64,000 nt of DNA from Elusimicrobiota bacterium (GCA_003151975.1 PLZD01000031.1:6571-70570); one strand, 5' to 3'; counted from the first letter of the stretch, positions 38,688 through 45,441 are shown. Numbers and translations are program-made. The notes: a model not told the origin generated them from the letters alone.

Positions 38688-39245
38688 GTGCTGACGAAGA
38701 GCGACGCGATCGCGGCGGTCCGGAAAACACTTCCGCCAAACTTTGATGTTTGCGAAGAGCCCGTGATCGAGAGAGAGTACGGCTGGGTGATTTTTAGTCA
38801 GACCAAGCGTTACATCGAAACGAATGATCCCAGGTCAATGGCTTTAGGCAGCGGGGGCACCCTCGTTGAGAAGAATACCGGTCGACTAATTCAGTTTGGA
38901 AGTGCATATTCGATAGAGAAGAATCTCAAAATTTACGAAGCTAGGTATTTGGCTCACGATGACTTTGATCTCGTCGTCACCGCAATTAAGAACGCAGGAG
39001 AGGCAGTCCGTCTTCTTGGCGGACTCCATATAACATACATCAAACCCGAAATCCGGAACGAAACAACTTGGCGCATCGCCAAGGCTTACTCGGCCAAGCA
39101 ACTCCGGGAACGACTGAACCAGCTGCCGTGTCGATTCAATCTTGGCTCATTGTACTTTCGCTGGGATACGCTGGAGCGCATGAAAAATAGCTCCAGCTTG
39201 CTCTTCAAGCTCACGGCCAATACAGGGTTTCGCAATGAAATCTAA
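38688..39245 (+). CDS. YrhB-like (polymorphic-toxin immunity-protein-like) protein
   Basis: CEEPVIEREYGWVIFSQTKRYIETNDPRSMALGSGGTLVEKNTGRLIQFGS resembles the YrhB domain. The gene is visibly lower in GC than its flanks. Confidence 0.5.
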   Translation: MLTKSDAIAAVRKTLPPNFDVCEEPVIEREYGWVIFSQTKRYIETNDPRSMALGSGGTLVEKNTGRLIQFGSAYSIEKNLKIYEARYLAHDDFDLVVTAIKNAGEAVRLLGGLHITYIKPEIRNETTWRIAKAYSAKQLRERLNQLPCRFNLGSLYFRWDTLERMKNSSSLLFKLTANTGFRNEI

Positions 39246-39319
39246 CTTCGGCTTGAGTGGACGGCGGCCAGTCAGGATTTCCGATAGAGGCCGCCACTAG
39301 GCCAAGCGCTAGGAACACT

Positions 39320-39661
39320 ATGATCCGCCGCGACTGGTTCGAGCAGAGAATTGAAATCCTATCCCAAGCGATAGCCGCCGCTTTGGGACTCAAGGCGAAA
39401 GGGGATGTCCAAGCCGCCATCGTGAATATGGAAAACGCTTTTACAAAAGCCTTCGGTATGAACGTGGAACTTGCCCTGGGTTTTCCCTTCGACCAATTCC
39501 TCTCGTTCGCTTGCCGGGGGGAGAAGCCGACGCCGGAGCTCTTGGAGGCAATGGCGAAAACATTCGCCGCATGGTCGGATGTTCTCAAGGCCGCAGGACG
39601 AGACGCCGACGCGGCGTTGGCGCACGAACGGTCTCAAGAGTGCCTTCGGGGTGCGCGATGA
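39320..39661 (+). CDS. Hypothetical helical protein
   Basis: ATG at 39320 preceded by AGGAAC. ATGA coupling to the downstream HEAT-repeat gene. Confidence 0.45.
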   Translation: MIRRDWFEQRIEILSQAIAAALGLKAKGDVQAAIVNMENAFTKAFGMNVELALGFPFDQFLSFACRGEKPTPELLEAMAKTFAAWSDVLKAAGRDADAALAHERSQECLRGAR

Positions 39662-40383
39662 TCTGGCTCGCGCTCGGAGTCAACGCCGCGGCCTTCGCGT
39701 TCTTTCTCTGCTGGATTCTGTCCGGCGATGTGCTCTTCGGCCACTTCCAAGGGCCGCCCCAATTGATGTTCGCGGCGCTCGCGCTAGCCGCCGCCGGTCT
39801 CGTGGCTCTCGCGAACTGCCTGCGCGCGCGCCTGCAAGGAGCGACCATCGGCTGGCTCAAAGGCATCGCGCTGTCGATGGCCGCGATCATGTCTTGCTTG
39901 ATAATTCTCGCGGGCGCGACCGACCGCACGAAGCTCATCACCGAATATCACATGCGCCGCGTGAAAGCCTTGCGCGGCGCGGGCCCGCCAGCGATTCCCG
40001 AACTCACTGCGGCGTTAAAGGACAACAACCAATACGTGAGGGGGGAAGCGTTGACCATCTTGTCGTCGCTCGGCGCGCAGGCGGCGCCCGCCGTGCCGGC
40101 GTTGATCGAGGCGCTCAAGGACGCGAGGACGGGCCCCGACGCGGCGTGGGCTCTCGGCTGCATCGGGCCGCAGGCCGAGGCCGGCGTGCCGGCGTTGATC
40201 GACATCCTCGAGCACGACGAAGGCCCCGACATGAGGCCCGCGCAAATGGCGGCCTACGCGCTCGGGCGCATCGGTCCCGCGGCCAAGCCCGCGACTGCCG
40301 CCCTCACGAAGGCCTTGAAGAGCAAGGACGACAGTCTTCCCGCCACGGCCAAGCTCGCCCTCGAGCTCATCGAGAAGAAATAG
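39658..40383 (+). CDS. Membrane-anchored HEAT-repeat protein
   Basis: Start at MIWLALGVNAAAFAFFLCWIL, 3-4 TM segments, then repeated ...AIPELTAALKDNNQYVRGEAL.., ..AVPALIEALKD.., ..GVPALIDILEH.., ..ATAALTKALKSKD (PBS-lyase/HEAT-like repeats). Confidence 0.7.
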   Translation: MIWLALGVNAAAFAFFLCWILSGDVLFGHFQGPPQLMFAALALAAAGLVALANCLRARLQGATIGWLKGIALSMAAIMSCLIILAGATDRTKLITEYHMRRVKALRGAGPPAIPELTAALKDNNQYVRGEALTILSSLGAQAAPAVPALIEALKDARTGPDAAWALGCIGPQAEAGVPALIDILEHDEGPDMRPAQMAAYALGRIGPAAKPATAALTKALKSKDDSLPATAKLALELIEKK

Positions 40384-40462
40384 CCGAGACTCTCTCGCCA
40401 CTCGCGTCGGGCTTGCGCTCCGGCGAGGCTCCTGCTAAACTTATTGAAGGCCCATCGGAGGA

Positions 40463-40702
40463 ATGCAGATGACCGTAGACGCTAAGAAGGTCCTCGAGAA
40501 AGCTCTGACCTTGCCGCCAATGGAGCGCGCGGAGCTCGTCGAGCAGATTCTCTCCAGTTTTGAATTTCCAGCACGCGACGAGATCGACGCCTTGTGGGCG
40601 AAAGAAGCCGAGTCCCGAATCGACGCCTACGACCAAGGCAAGCTCAAAGCCTCATCGGCTAGCAAGGTCTTCGACAAGATCGATAAGCGCAAGAAGAAAT
40701 GA
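40463..40702 (+). CDS. Putative addiction-module antitoxin (TIGR02574-like)
   Basis: LTLPPMERAELVEQILSSF....EIDALWAKEAESRIDAYDQGKLK is characteristic of the family. 4-nt overlap with the toxin gene. Confidence 0.75.
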   Translation: MQMTVDAKKVLEKALTLPPMERAELVEQILSSFEFPARDEIDALWAKEAESRIDAYDQGKLKASSASKVFDKIDKRKKK

Positions 40703-40992
40703 AGGTCGTCTTCCTTCAACCCGCCGAGGCTGAGCTCGTCGAAGCCGTCACTTACTACAATCTCCAAAGCGAAGGTCTGGGCTTCGAATTTGCCGCCGAA
40801 GTAAAACGCACGCTGGGCAGAATAATGCGTTACCCGGAAGCCTGGACCTCCCTTTCCAATCGGTCACGCCGCTGCCGCACCAGCAGATTCCCTTACGGCA
40901 TCGTCTACCAATTGAGGGAAGACTCCATCCTCGTCGTGGCTGTCATGCATCTCCACAAGCATCCCGACTCCTGGAAGTCCCGCCTACACTGA
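40699..40992 (+). CDS. RelE/ParE-family toxin
   Basis: 97 aa. AEAELVEAVTYY ... RRCRTSRFPYGIVYQLREDSILVVAVMHLHKHP matches the ParE/RelE pattern. Confidence 0.8.
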   Translation: MKVVFLQPAEAELVEAVTYYNLQSEGLGFEFAAEVKRTLGRIMRYPEAWTSLSNRSRRCRTSRFPYGIVYQLREDSILVVAVMHLHKHPDSWKSRLH

Positions 40993-41111
40993 ATTTCGGC
41001 GCGACAACGCAAACGCACTCTCGTTGCCGTCATACGGGTAGGCCCAAAGCCTGCAAGCGCCCGGGCATATCGGCCCACAGTGCTCGAACCGCGCGCCCGT
41101 ATAATAAGAGC

Positions 41112-41282
41112 ATGGCAAACCCCGTAGGCATGCGCGAGCTGGAAACCGACTGGACCGAAGCCGCTTTCAACAAGACGGACATCGGATCAAAAACAAATCC
41201 GCTGGTCATGCTGACCTCTCCCAAAGGCCGGCTTTCACGCTGGTCGCAGAGCGTGCGCAAAGCTCTGCGCGATTCGCGCTAA
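41112..41282 (+). CDS. Possible leaderless small ORF (56 aa), hypothetical
   Basis: Not in the track (shorter than 60 aa). TATAAT at 41100-41105 lies 6 nt before the ATG. MANPVGMRELETDWTEAAFNKTDIGSKTNPLVMLTSPKGRLSRWSQSVRKALRDSR. Third codon positions are GC-rich. An intrinsic terminator follows at 41300-41333. Confidence 0.4.
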   Translation: MANPVGMRELETDWTEAAFNKTDIGSKTNPLVMLTSPKGRLSRWSQSVRKALRDSR

Positions 41283-41299
41283 AACAAAAAAAGAAAATT

Positions 41300-41333
41300 C
41301 GCCGCGCGGCATCGCTTGCGCGGCGTTGTTTTT
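41300..41333. terminator. Intrinsic terminator (bidirectional: A-tract, 8-bp GC stem, T-tract)
   Basis: aaaacaaaaaaagaaaatt CGCCGCGC ggcatcgctt GCGCGGCG ttgttttt. Confidence 0.65.
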
Positions 41334-41350
41334 CGGCCTATTTTTGAGGG

Positions 41351-41380
41351 GGGCCCTTTGGGCCCTTTCTCGTCGAGAAA
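41351..41380. promoter_or_regulatory. Bipartite motif GGGCCC-TTT-GGGCCC + palindrome TTTCTCGTCGAGAAA, upstream of the mraZ promoter. A second copy of this architecture lies at 59782-59814.
   Basis: Read directly. Further TTTCTCG / TTTCTGA half-sites at 41390 and 41403. Confidence 0.5.
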
Positions 41381-41427
41381 TCGTCCTGATTTCTCGGTCT
41401 CATTTCTGACACGAAAAAATCGCCCCC

Positions 41428-41456
41428 TTGACAAACGCATACTCATCCTCTATACT
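41428..41456 (+). promoter_or_regulatory. Pmra-type sigma-70 promoter TTGACA-17 nt-TATACT
   Basis: TTGACA at 41428-41433 and TATACT at 41451-41456. Confidence 0.7.
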
Positions 41457-41466
41457 CGCTTCACTG

Positions 41467-41513
41467 GTGGGAGAAAGTGGGAAGAAAATCCCCACCAGTG
41501 GAATAAAGTGGGA
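41467..41513 (+). promoter_or_regulatory. Putative MraZ operator: four GTGG(G/A)A direct repeats with 10 / 21 / 10 nt start-to-start spacing
   Basis: GTGGGA at 41467, GTGGGA at 41477, GTGGAA at 41498, GTGGGA at 41508. Located between the -10 box and the mraZ ATG. Confidence 0.6.
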
Positions 41514-41520
41514 AACCAAA

Positions 41521-41970
41521 ATGAGCCTGCTGATCGGTCGATACGAGTACTCGCTGGACAGCAAGAACCGGCTGGGCATTCCCCCGAAGTTCAGGGAAGC
41601 TCTTTTACAAGAGAAGGCCGACCGGTTCTTCCTGACCAGCGGGATCGACGGCTGCCTGTATCTCTTCCTGCCTTCGCAGTGGAACAAGCTTTTGGAGAAC
41701 GACCTGCAGGCTTTCAACTTGCCGGACAAGGAGCAGGAGCGGGCCTTCAAGCGCAAATTTTTCTCGGAAGCGACGGACGTGGAGCTGGACTCGGCGGGGA
41801 GAATCCTCGTCCCTCAGTTCCTGAAAGCCCACGCGGGCCTGAAAGGCGATGTGCTTGTCCAAGGTGCAGGAACCAGAGCTGAGGTATGGGACAAAGCCAA
41901 GTGGAACTCCTACAACAAGGCGAAGGTGGAGCCGACTTTCAAGAAGGTCAGCAAGACCATCGAAATATGA
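41521..41970 (+). CDS. mraZ: Transcriptional regulator MraZ
   Basis: Start at MSLLIGRYEYSLDSKNRLGIPPKFRE, with a second DxxGR repeat (ELDSAGRILVPQFL). Confidence 0.95.
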   Translation: MSLLIGRYEYSLDSKNRLGIPPKFREALLQEKADRFFLTSGIDGCLYLFLPSQWNKLLENDLQAFNLPDKEQERAFKRKFFSEATDVELDSAGRILVPQFLKAHAGLKGDVLVQGAGTRAEVWDKAKWNSYNKAKVEPTFKKVSKTIEI

Positions 41971-42968
41971 GCACATGGGCACCCTACTGGCAGAGCCGGC
42001 TCTTGTGGGAGATCACGCGCGGATCTTCGCACAATGCCCCCGATCTCGCCCTGAGCGTCATTGACTCTCTTATGAACCCGAGACAATACGAGCATCAGCC
42101 CGTCCTGCTGGCGGAGGTGTTGGACTCGCTGATTACCGACCCCGGAGGCCTGTACCTGGACGCCACGCTTGGACTTGGCGGCCACTCCGAGGCCATCCTC
42201 CGCGCAATTTCGGCCCAAAGTAAGCTGATGGGATTGGACATGGATCCTGAAGCACTTCTTGCCGCGCAGAGTCGGCTGAAGTCGCTCCCCGGACAATTCC
42301 GGGCGGTCCGCGCCAATTTCAGAACCTTGGGCCGTGTTTTGGACGCAGAGAAGTTCTTCCCGCTGACGGGCGCGTTGTTCGACCTCGGCGTGTCCTCGAT
42401 GCACTTCGACAACCCCGAGCGGGGTTTCTCGTTCATGCACGAGGGGCCCCTCGACATGCGCCTTTCTCCCGATAACAAGCTGACCGCCGCCCAGATCGTC
42501 AACGTCTGGCCCGCGGAGCAGATCGCGCTTCTTATAAAGGAGTACGGCGAAGACCCCAGCGCGAATAAAATCGCCCGCGCCATCGTCGCGCGCCGCGACC
42601 AGAAGCTTTTCACCACGACGACCGAACTGGCCGAGGTCATCTCGGACATACTGCCGCGCGGCAAGACGCACGCGGCGACCCGCACTTTCATGGCCCTGCG
42701 GATCGCGGTCAACGCGGAGCTCGAGAACCTGACCGGCGGTCTCGAGGCCGTCCTGCCCTTCATACAGCAAGGCGGGCGCATCGCCGTCATCACTTTCCAT
42801 TCGCTCGAGGACCGCATCGTCAAGAAGCTGTTCTCGTCGTGGGAAACGGCCAACCTTTGCCGTACAATCGAGATCCGCGGGAAGGCCGTCGTCAAGCCTT
42901 CGGGCGCGGAGCTCGAACGCAATCCTCGGGCCCGGAGCGCGAAGCTCCGGGTAGTGGAGAAGCTGTAA
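41967..42968 (+). CDS. rsmH: 16S rRNA (cytosine1402-N4)-methyltransferase RsmH (MraW)
   Basis: HQPVLLAEVLDSL...YLDATLGLGGHSEAIL...FDLGVSSMHFD...ITFHSLEDRIVK. The start is either the ATG at 41967 (ATGA overlap with mraZ) or the ATG at 42072. Confidence 0.9.
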   Translation: MSTWAPYWQSRLLWEITRGSSHNAPDLALSVIDSLMNPRQYEHQPVLLAEVLDSLITDPGGLYLDATLGLGGHSEAILRAISAQSKLMGLDMDPEALLAAQSRLKSLPGQFRAVRANFRTLGRVLDAEKFFPLTGALFDLGVSSMHFDNPERGFSFMHEGPLDMRLSPDNKLTAAQIVNVWPAEQIALLIKEYGEDPSANKIARAIVARRDQKLFTTTTELAEVISDILPRGKTHAATRTFMALRIAVNAELENLTGGLEAVLPFIQQGGRIAVITFHSLEDRIVKKLFSSWETANLCRTIEIRGKAVVKPSGAELERNPRARSAKLRVVEKL

Positions 42969-42982
42969 CAAGGGGTGAACCT

Positions 42983-43168
42983 ATGATGAAAAGCAATTCG
43001 ATGCTGCGCGGCTCGAGCTCGGGACTTGCGGCGATCATCCAGGTAGGCACCACGGTGGGGTTTCTCACCGATAGGCAGGAGACCGTGAATCTCTCGCCGC
43101 TCAGCCCCGCGACAGCGGGGTACGTGTGGCGGAGGGTCTTCCTCCAGGGGAAGGGACACAGAGCCTAG
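42983..43168 (+). CDS. Possible small ORF (61 aa) inserted between rsmH and ftsL, hypothetical
   Basis: ATG at 42983 preceded by AAGGGGTGA. Third codon positions are GC-rich like real genes. MMKSNSMLRGSSSGLAAIIQVGTTVGFLTDRQETVNLSPLSPATAGYVWRRVFLQGKGHRA. I recognise no family. Confidence 0.4.
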   Translation: MMKSNSMLRGSSSGLAAIIQVGTTVGFLTDRQETVNLSPLSPATAGYVWRRVFLQGKGHRA

Positions 43169-43179
43169 AACAAGATTTT

Positions 43180-43379
43180 GGCGCCCGCCTTCTCGGCGGG
43201 GCGGGCGCCAACCAGTTTGACGGACGGGAACTCGGCGGCCCGTCCGTCAACCCTCTGGCGGGCCCCCTTCTCGGCGGGGGGGCCCGCCACCCCTCCGGGG
43301 GTGACGAATTTGGCGGTGGAGCACTCGGCGGCTCCACCGCCAACACTACGGCGGGCCCCTTCTCGGCGGGGGGCCCGCC
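43180..43379. repeat. Array of five perfect 10-11-bp GC-rich hairpins with variable, fully compensated stems and a conserved 10-nt loop NNCTCGGCGG
   Basis: HP1 43180-43209 GGCGCCCGCC/TTCTCGGCGG/GGCGGGCGCC. HP2 43219-43248 GACGGACGGG/AACTCGGCGG/CCCGTCCGTC. HP3 43257-43288 GGCGGGCCCCC/TTCTCGGCGG/GGGGGCCCGCC. HP4 43312-43341 GGCGGTGGAG/CACTCGGCGG/CTCCACCGCC. HP5 43350-43379 GGCGGGCCCC/TTCTCGGCGG/GGGGCCCGCC. Confidence 0.85.
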
Positions 43380-43392
43380 CCAATTTCTCAGC

Positions 43393-43423
43393 GTAAAAGT
43401 CGCGGTAAAAGTCGTGCTATAAT
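43393..43423 (+). promoter_or_regulatory. Candidate internal ftsL promoter: tandem 12-nt direct repeats GTAAAAGTCG(C/T)G x2 followed by the extended -10 box TGCTATAAT
   Basis: Repeats at 43393-43404 and 43405-43416. TATAAT at 43418-43423, 14 nt before the ftsL ATG. Confidence 0.5.
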
Positions 43424-43437
43424 GTTCGCGCCAACGA

Positions 43438-43776
43438 ATGATCGACCTCAATAATCGGAACTTCAAGATCATAGCGGGCAGCCTCTTCGTCTTGGGGCTG
43501 GCCTGGCAGCAGATTGAAGCCACCCGTCTGGGTTACGAGGTCGAACGCGCGCGTCATGAGGAACGAATACTCCGCGGACGCATCGGCGCGGTTCAGATTC
43601 AGCTCGAAACCAGCCTCTCCCCGGCCCAGTTGGCACTTCAGGCGAAAGCCATGGGCATGATTCAGTGCGATCCCGCTTCCCTGCGCGTCCTCGGCGGTCC
43701 GGACGCGGGGCGCGGGCAAGAGACCTTCCTGGGGAGACTTTTCTCCAGGTCGTTGAAGTCGCCGCTTAGCACTTAA
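43438..43776 (+). CDS. ftsL: Cell division protein FtsL
   Basis: 112 aa, a single TM segment (IIAGSLFVLGLAWQQI) followed by a coiled coil. Sits between rsmH and ftsI. Confidence 0.7.
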   Translation: MIDLNNRNFKIIAGSLFVLGLAWQQIEATRLGYEVERARHEERILRGRIGAVQIQLETSLSPAQLALQAKAMGMIQCDPASLRVLGGPDAGRGQETFLGRLFSRSLKSPLST

Positions 43777-43791
43777 AGAGCGCCAGCTAAA

Positions 43792-45441
43792 ATGGATACG
43801 CGCGCGCGCCTCGTCTTAGCCGCCTCTTTCGCTATGCTCCCGATGGTCCCGCTCGTGGGACAGCTCGCCCGCCTGCAAGTCATGGAGCACCGCAGCCTCG
43901 ATTCGCGCGCCGGCAGCGAGTTCAACCGCAGCCTCGAGGAAGTCACGCCGCGCGCCGATATACTCGACCGCAACGGCAAGGTCCTGGCGCAGTCCCTGCA
44001 GGTTTGGTCGGCGTTTCTCGATAAGAACATGGCCGTCGACTGCAATGCCGTCGCCTTCAAGCTTTCGGCTCCTTTGAAACTCGCGCCCACCGAGCTCCTG
44101 CGCCGCTGCAAATCTCCCGGGCGCTTCATCTGGCTTTCGAAGAGCATGGACTACGAGGCGAGCCAAGCCGCGACGAATACGCACCTCGAGGGGCTCGGCA
44201 TCGTGCCAAGCCAAGACCGTTTCTATCCGAACGGCATGCTGGCACGGAACGTGATCGGGCAGTTGTCCTCGGATGGGAAGGGGATCGCGGGCATCGAGCT
44301 GACCCAGGACGCGCGCATGACCGGCAAACCACGAAAATTCAAATTGATTCGAGATGGTTCGGGCCGGACGATCTACAAGAGCATCGAGGGCGACGCGCCG
44401 CCGCCGGAGCCTCTGCAGTTGACGCTCGACCGCAACGTCCAATATTACGCCGAGGAGGCCTTGCAGGAGGCTTCCGCGCAGTACTCCGCCGAAGGAGGGT
44501 TCGTCATCGTGCAGGATCCCTCCACCGGCGAAATCCTCGCGATGGCCGCCTCGCCCGCGAACCCGCTCAAGAATCCGGTCGTGCAGGACACCTACGAGCC
44601 CGGCTCGACCTTCAAGCTCGTGACCGCCGCGGCCGTGCTCGAGGAGGGCGCCGTCAAGCTGACCGACACCTTCAACTGCGAGAACGGCGCCTTCGAAGTC
44701 GCGCCCGGCGTCGTGATCCACGACCACGAGCCGCTGGGCACGGCGACGCTCAGCCAAATCCTCGAGCGCTCCTCGAACATCGGCGCCGCCAAGGTCGTCG
44801 AGCGCCTGGGCTCGCTGCGCTTCTACCGGTACGCGCGGGCCTTTGGATTCGCCAATCGCACCGGCTTGGAATTGCCGGGAGAGACCGCCGGCGAGATGCG
44901 CCCGCTCTCCGACATGACGAAGGTGGCGCTGGCCGCGGCGAGCTACGGCTACGGCATCGGCGTGAGCCCGCTGCAGGCCGTGGGCGCCTACAGCGCGGTC
45001 GCCAACGGCGGGACGCTGTGGGAGCCCGTCATCCTGAAAAACGCCAAGGCGACGCGCGTGCGCCGCGTGATCTCCGAGGCCACGGCCAACACCCTCAAGG
45101 GCATGCTCGTCGGCGTCGTCGAGCGCGGCACCGGCACGCCGGCGCAGATCCCGGGATTTACGGTGGCCGGCAAGACGGGAACCTCGCGCCAGATGGAGCC
45201 CGGCACGCATAAATATTCGACGACGCGCTACAACGCGTCCTTCATCGGATTTCTGCCGGCGGATCAGCCGCGCTGGACGATCCTCGTCGTGCTTCAAAAC
45301 CCCAAGGGTTCCTACTACGGCGCGCAGGTCGCGGCCCCCGTCTTCGCCAAGCTCGGGCGGCGCCTGCTGACCATGAAGGCCGTCGCCCCGGACCGCCCCC
45401 TGCGTCTCGCGGCCGCAAGCGAGCGCGGGAGCGCGCGTTGA
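43792..45441 (+). CDS. ftsI: Penicillin-binding protein 3-type transpeptidase (FtsI)
   Basis: PBP dimerisation domain plus transpeptidase motifs (YEPGSTFK = SxxK, SSN, KTGTS). Confidence 0.9.
   Translation: MDTRARLVLAASFAMLPMVPLVGQLARLQVMEHRSLDSRAGSEFNRSLEEVTPRADILDRNGKVLAQSLQVWSAFLDKNMAVDCNAVAFKLSAPLKLAPTELLRRCKSPGRFIWLSKSMDYEASQAATNTHLEGLGIVPSQDRFYPNGMLARNVIGQLSSDGKGIAGIELTQDARMTGKPRKFKLIRDGSGRTIYKSIEGDAPPPEPLQLTLDRNVQYYAEEALQEASAQYSAEGGFVIVQDPSTGEILAMAASPANPLKNPVVQDTYEPGSTFKLVTAAAVLEEGAVKLTDTFNCENGAFEVAPGVVIHDHEPLGTATLSQILERSSNIGAAKVVERLGSLRFYRYARAFGFANRTGLELPGETAGEMRPLSDMTKVALAAASYGYGIGVSPLQAVGAYSAVANGGTLWEPVILKNAKATRVRRVISEATANTLKGMLVGVVERGTGTPAQIPGFTVAGKTGTSRQMEPGTHKYSTTRYNASFIGFLPADQPRWTILVVLQNPKGSYYGAQVAAPVFAKLGRRLLTMKAVAPDRPLRLAAASERGSAR

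Noticed and set aside
41030-41260. 76-aa minus-strand ORF from the track.
   Set aside because: It has no expression signals. The opposite strand carries a TATAAT-ATG leaderless arrangement and a downstream terminator, so the plus-strand 56-aa frame is preferred. Both remain uncertain.
43180-43379. The hairpin array as a CRISPR array or a set of Rho-independent terminators.
   Set aside because: CRISPR repeats are conserved in sequence, at least 23 nt long, and separated by unique spacers. Here only about 8-10 nt (the loop) is conserved, the palindromic arms vary, and there are no cas genes. None of the hairpins is followed by a T-tract, so they are not classical terminators.
43180-43379. Resemblance of the minus-strand loop CCGCCGAG to the 16S rRNA decoding-centre sequence around C1402 (CCGCCCGU), the substrate of the adjacent rsmH.
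   Set aside because: Only 5-6 nt match and an indel is required, so this is well within chance for GC-rich sequence. Noted as a curiosity only.
43126-43422. ORFs 43126-43422(+), 43178-43396(+), 43165-43383(-) and 43101-43523(-) spanning the hairpin array, with quasi-repetitive peptides (FSAGGP...).
   Set aside because: The peptide repeats are a by-product of translating perfect palindromes. Mismatch-free, compensated stems indicate selection on nucleic-acid structure, not on a protein. There is no Shine-Dalgarno sequence or plausible start context.
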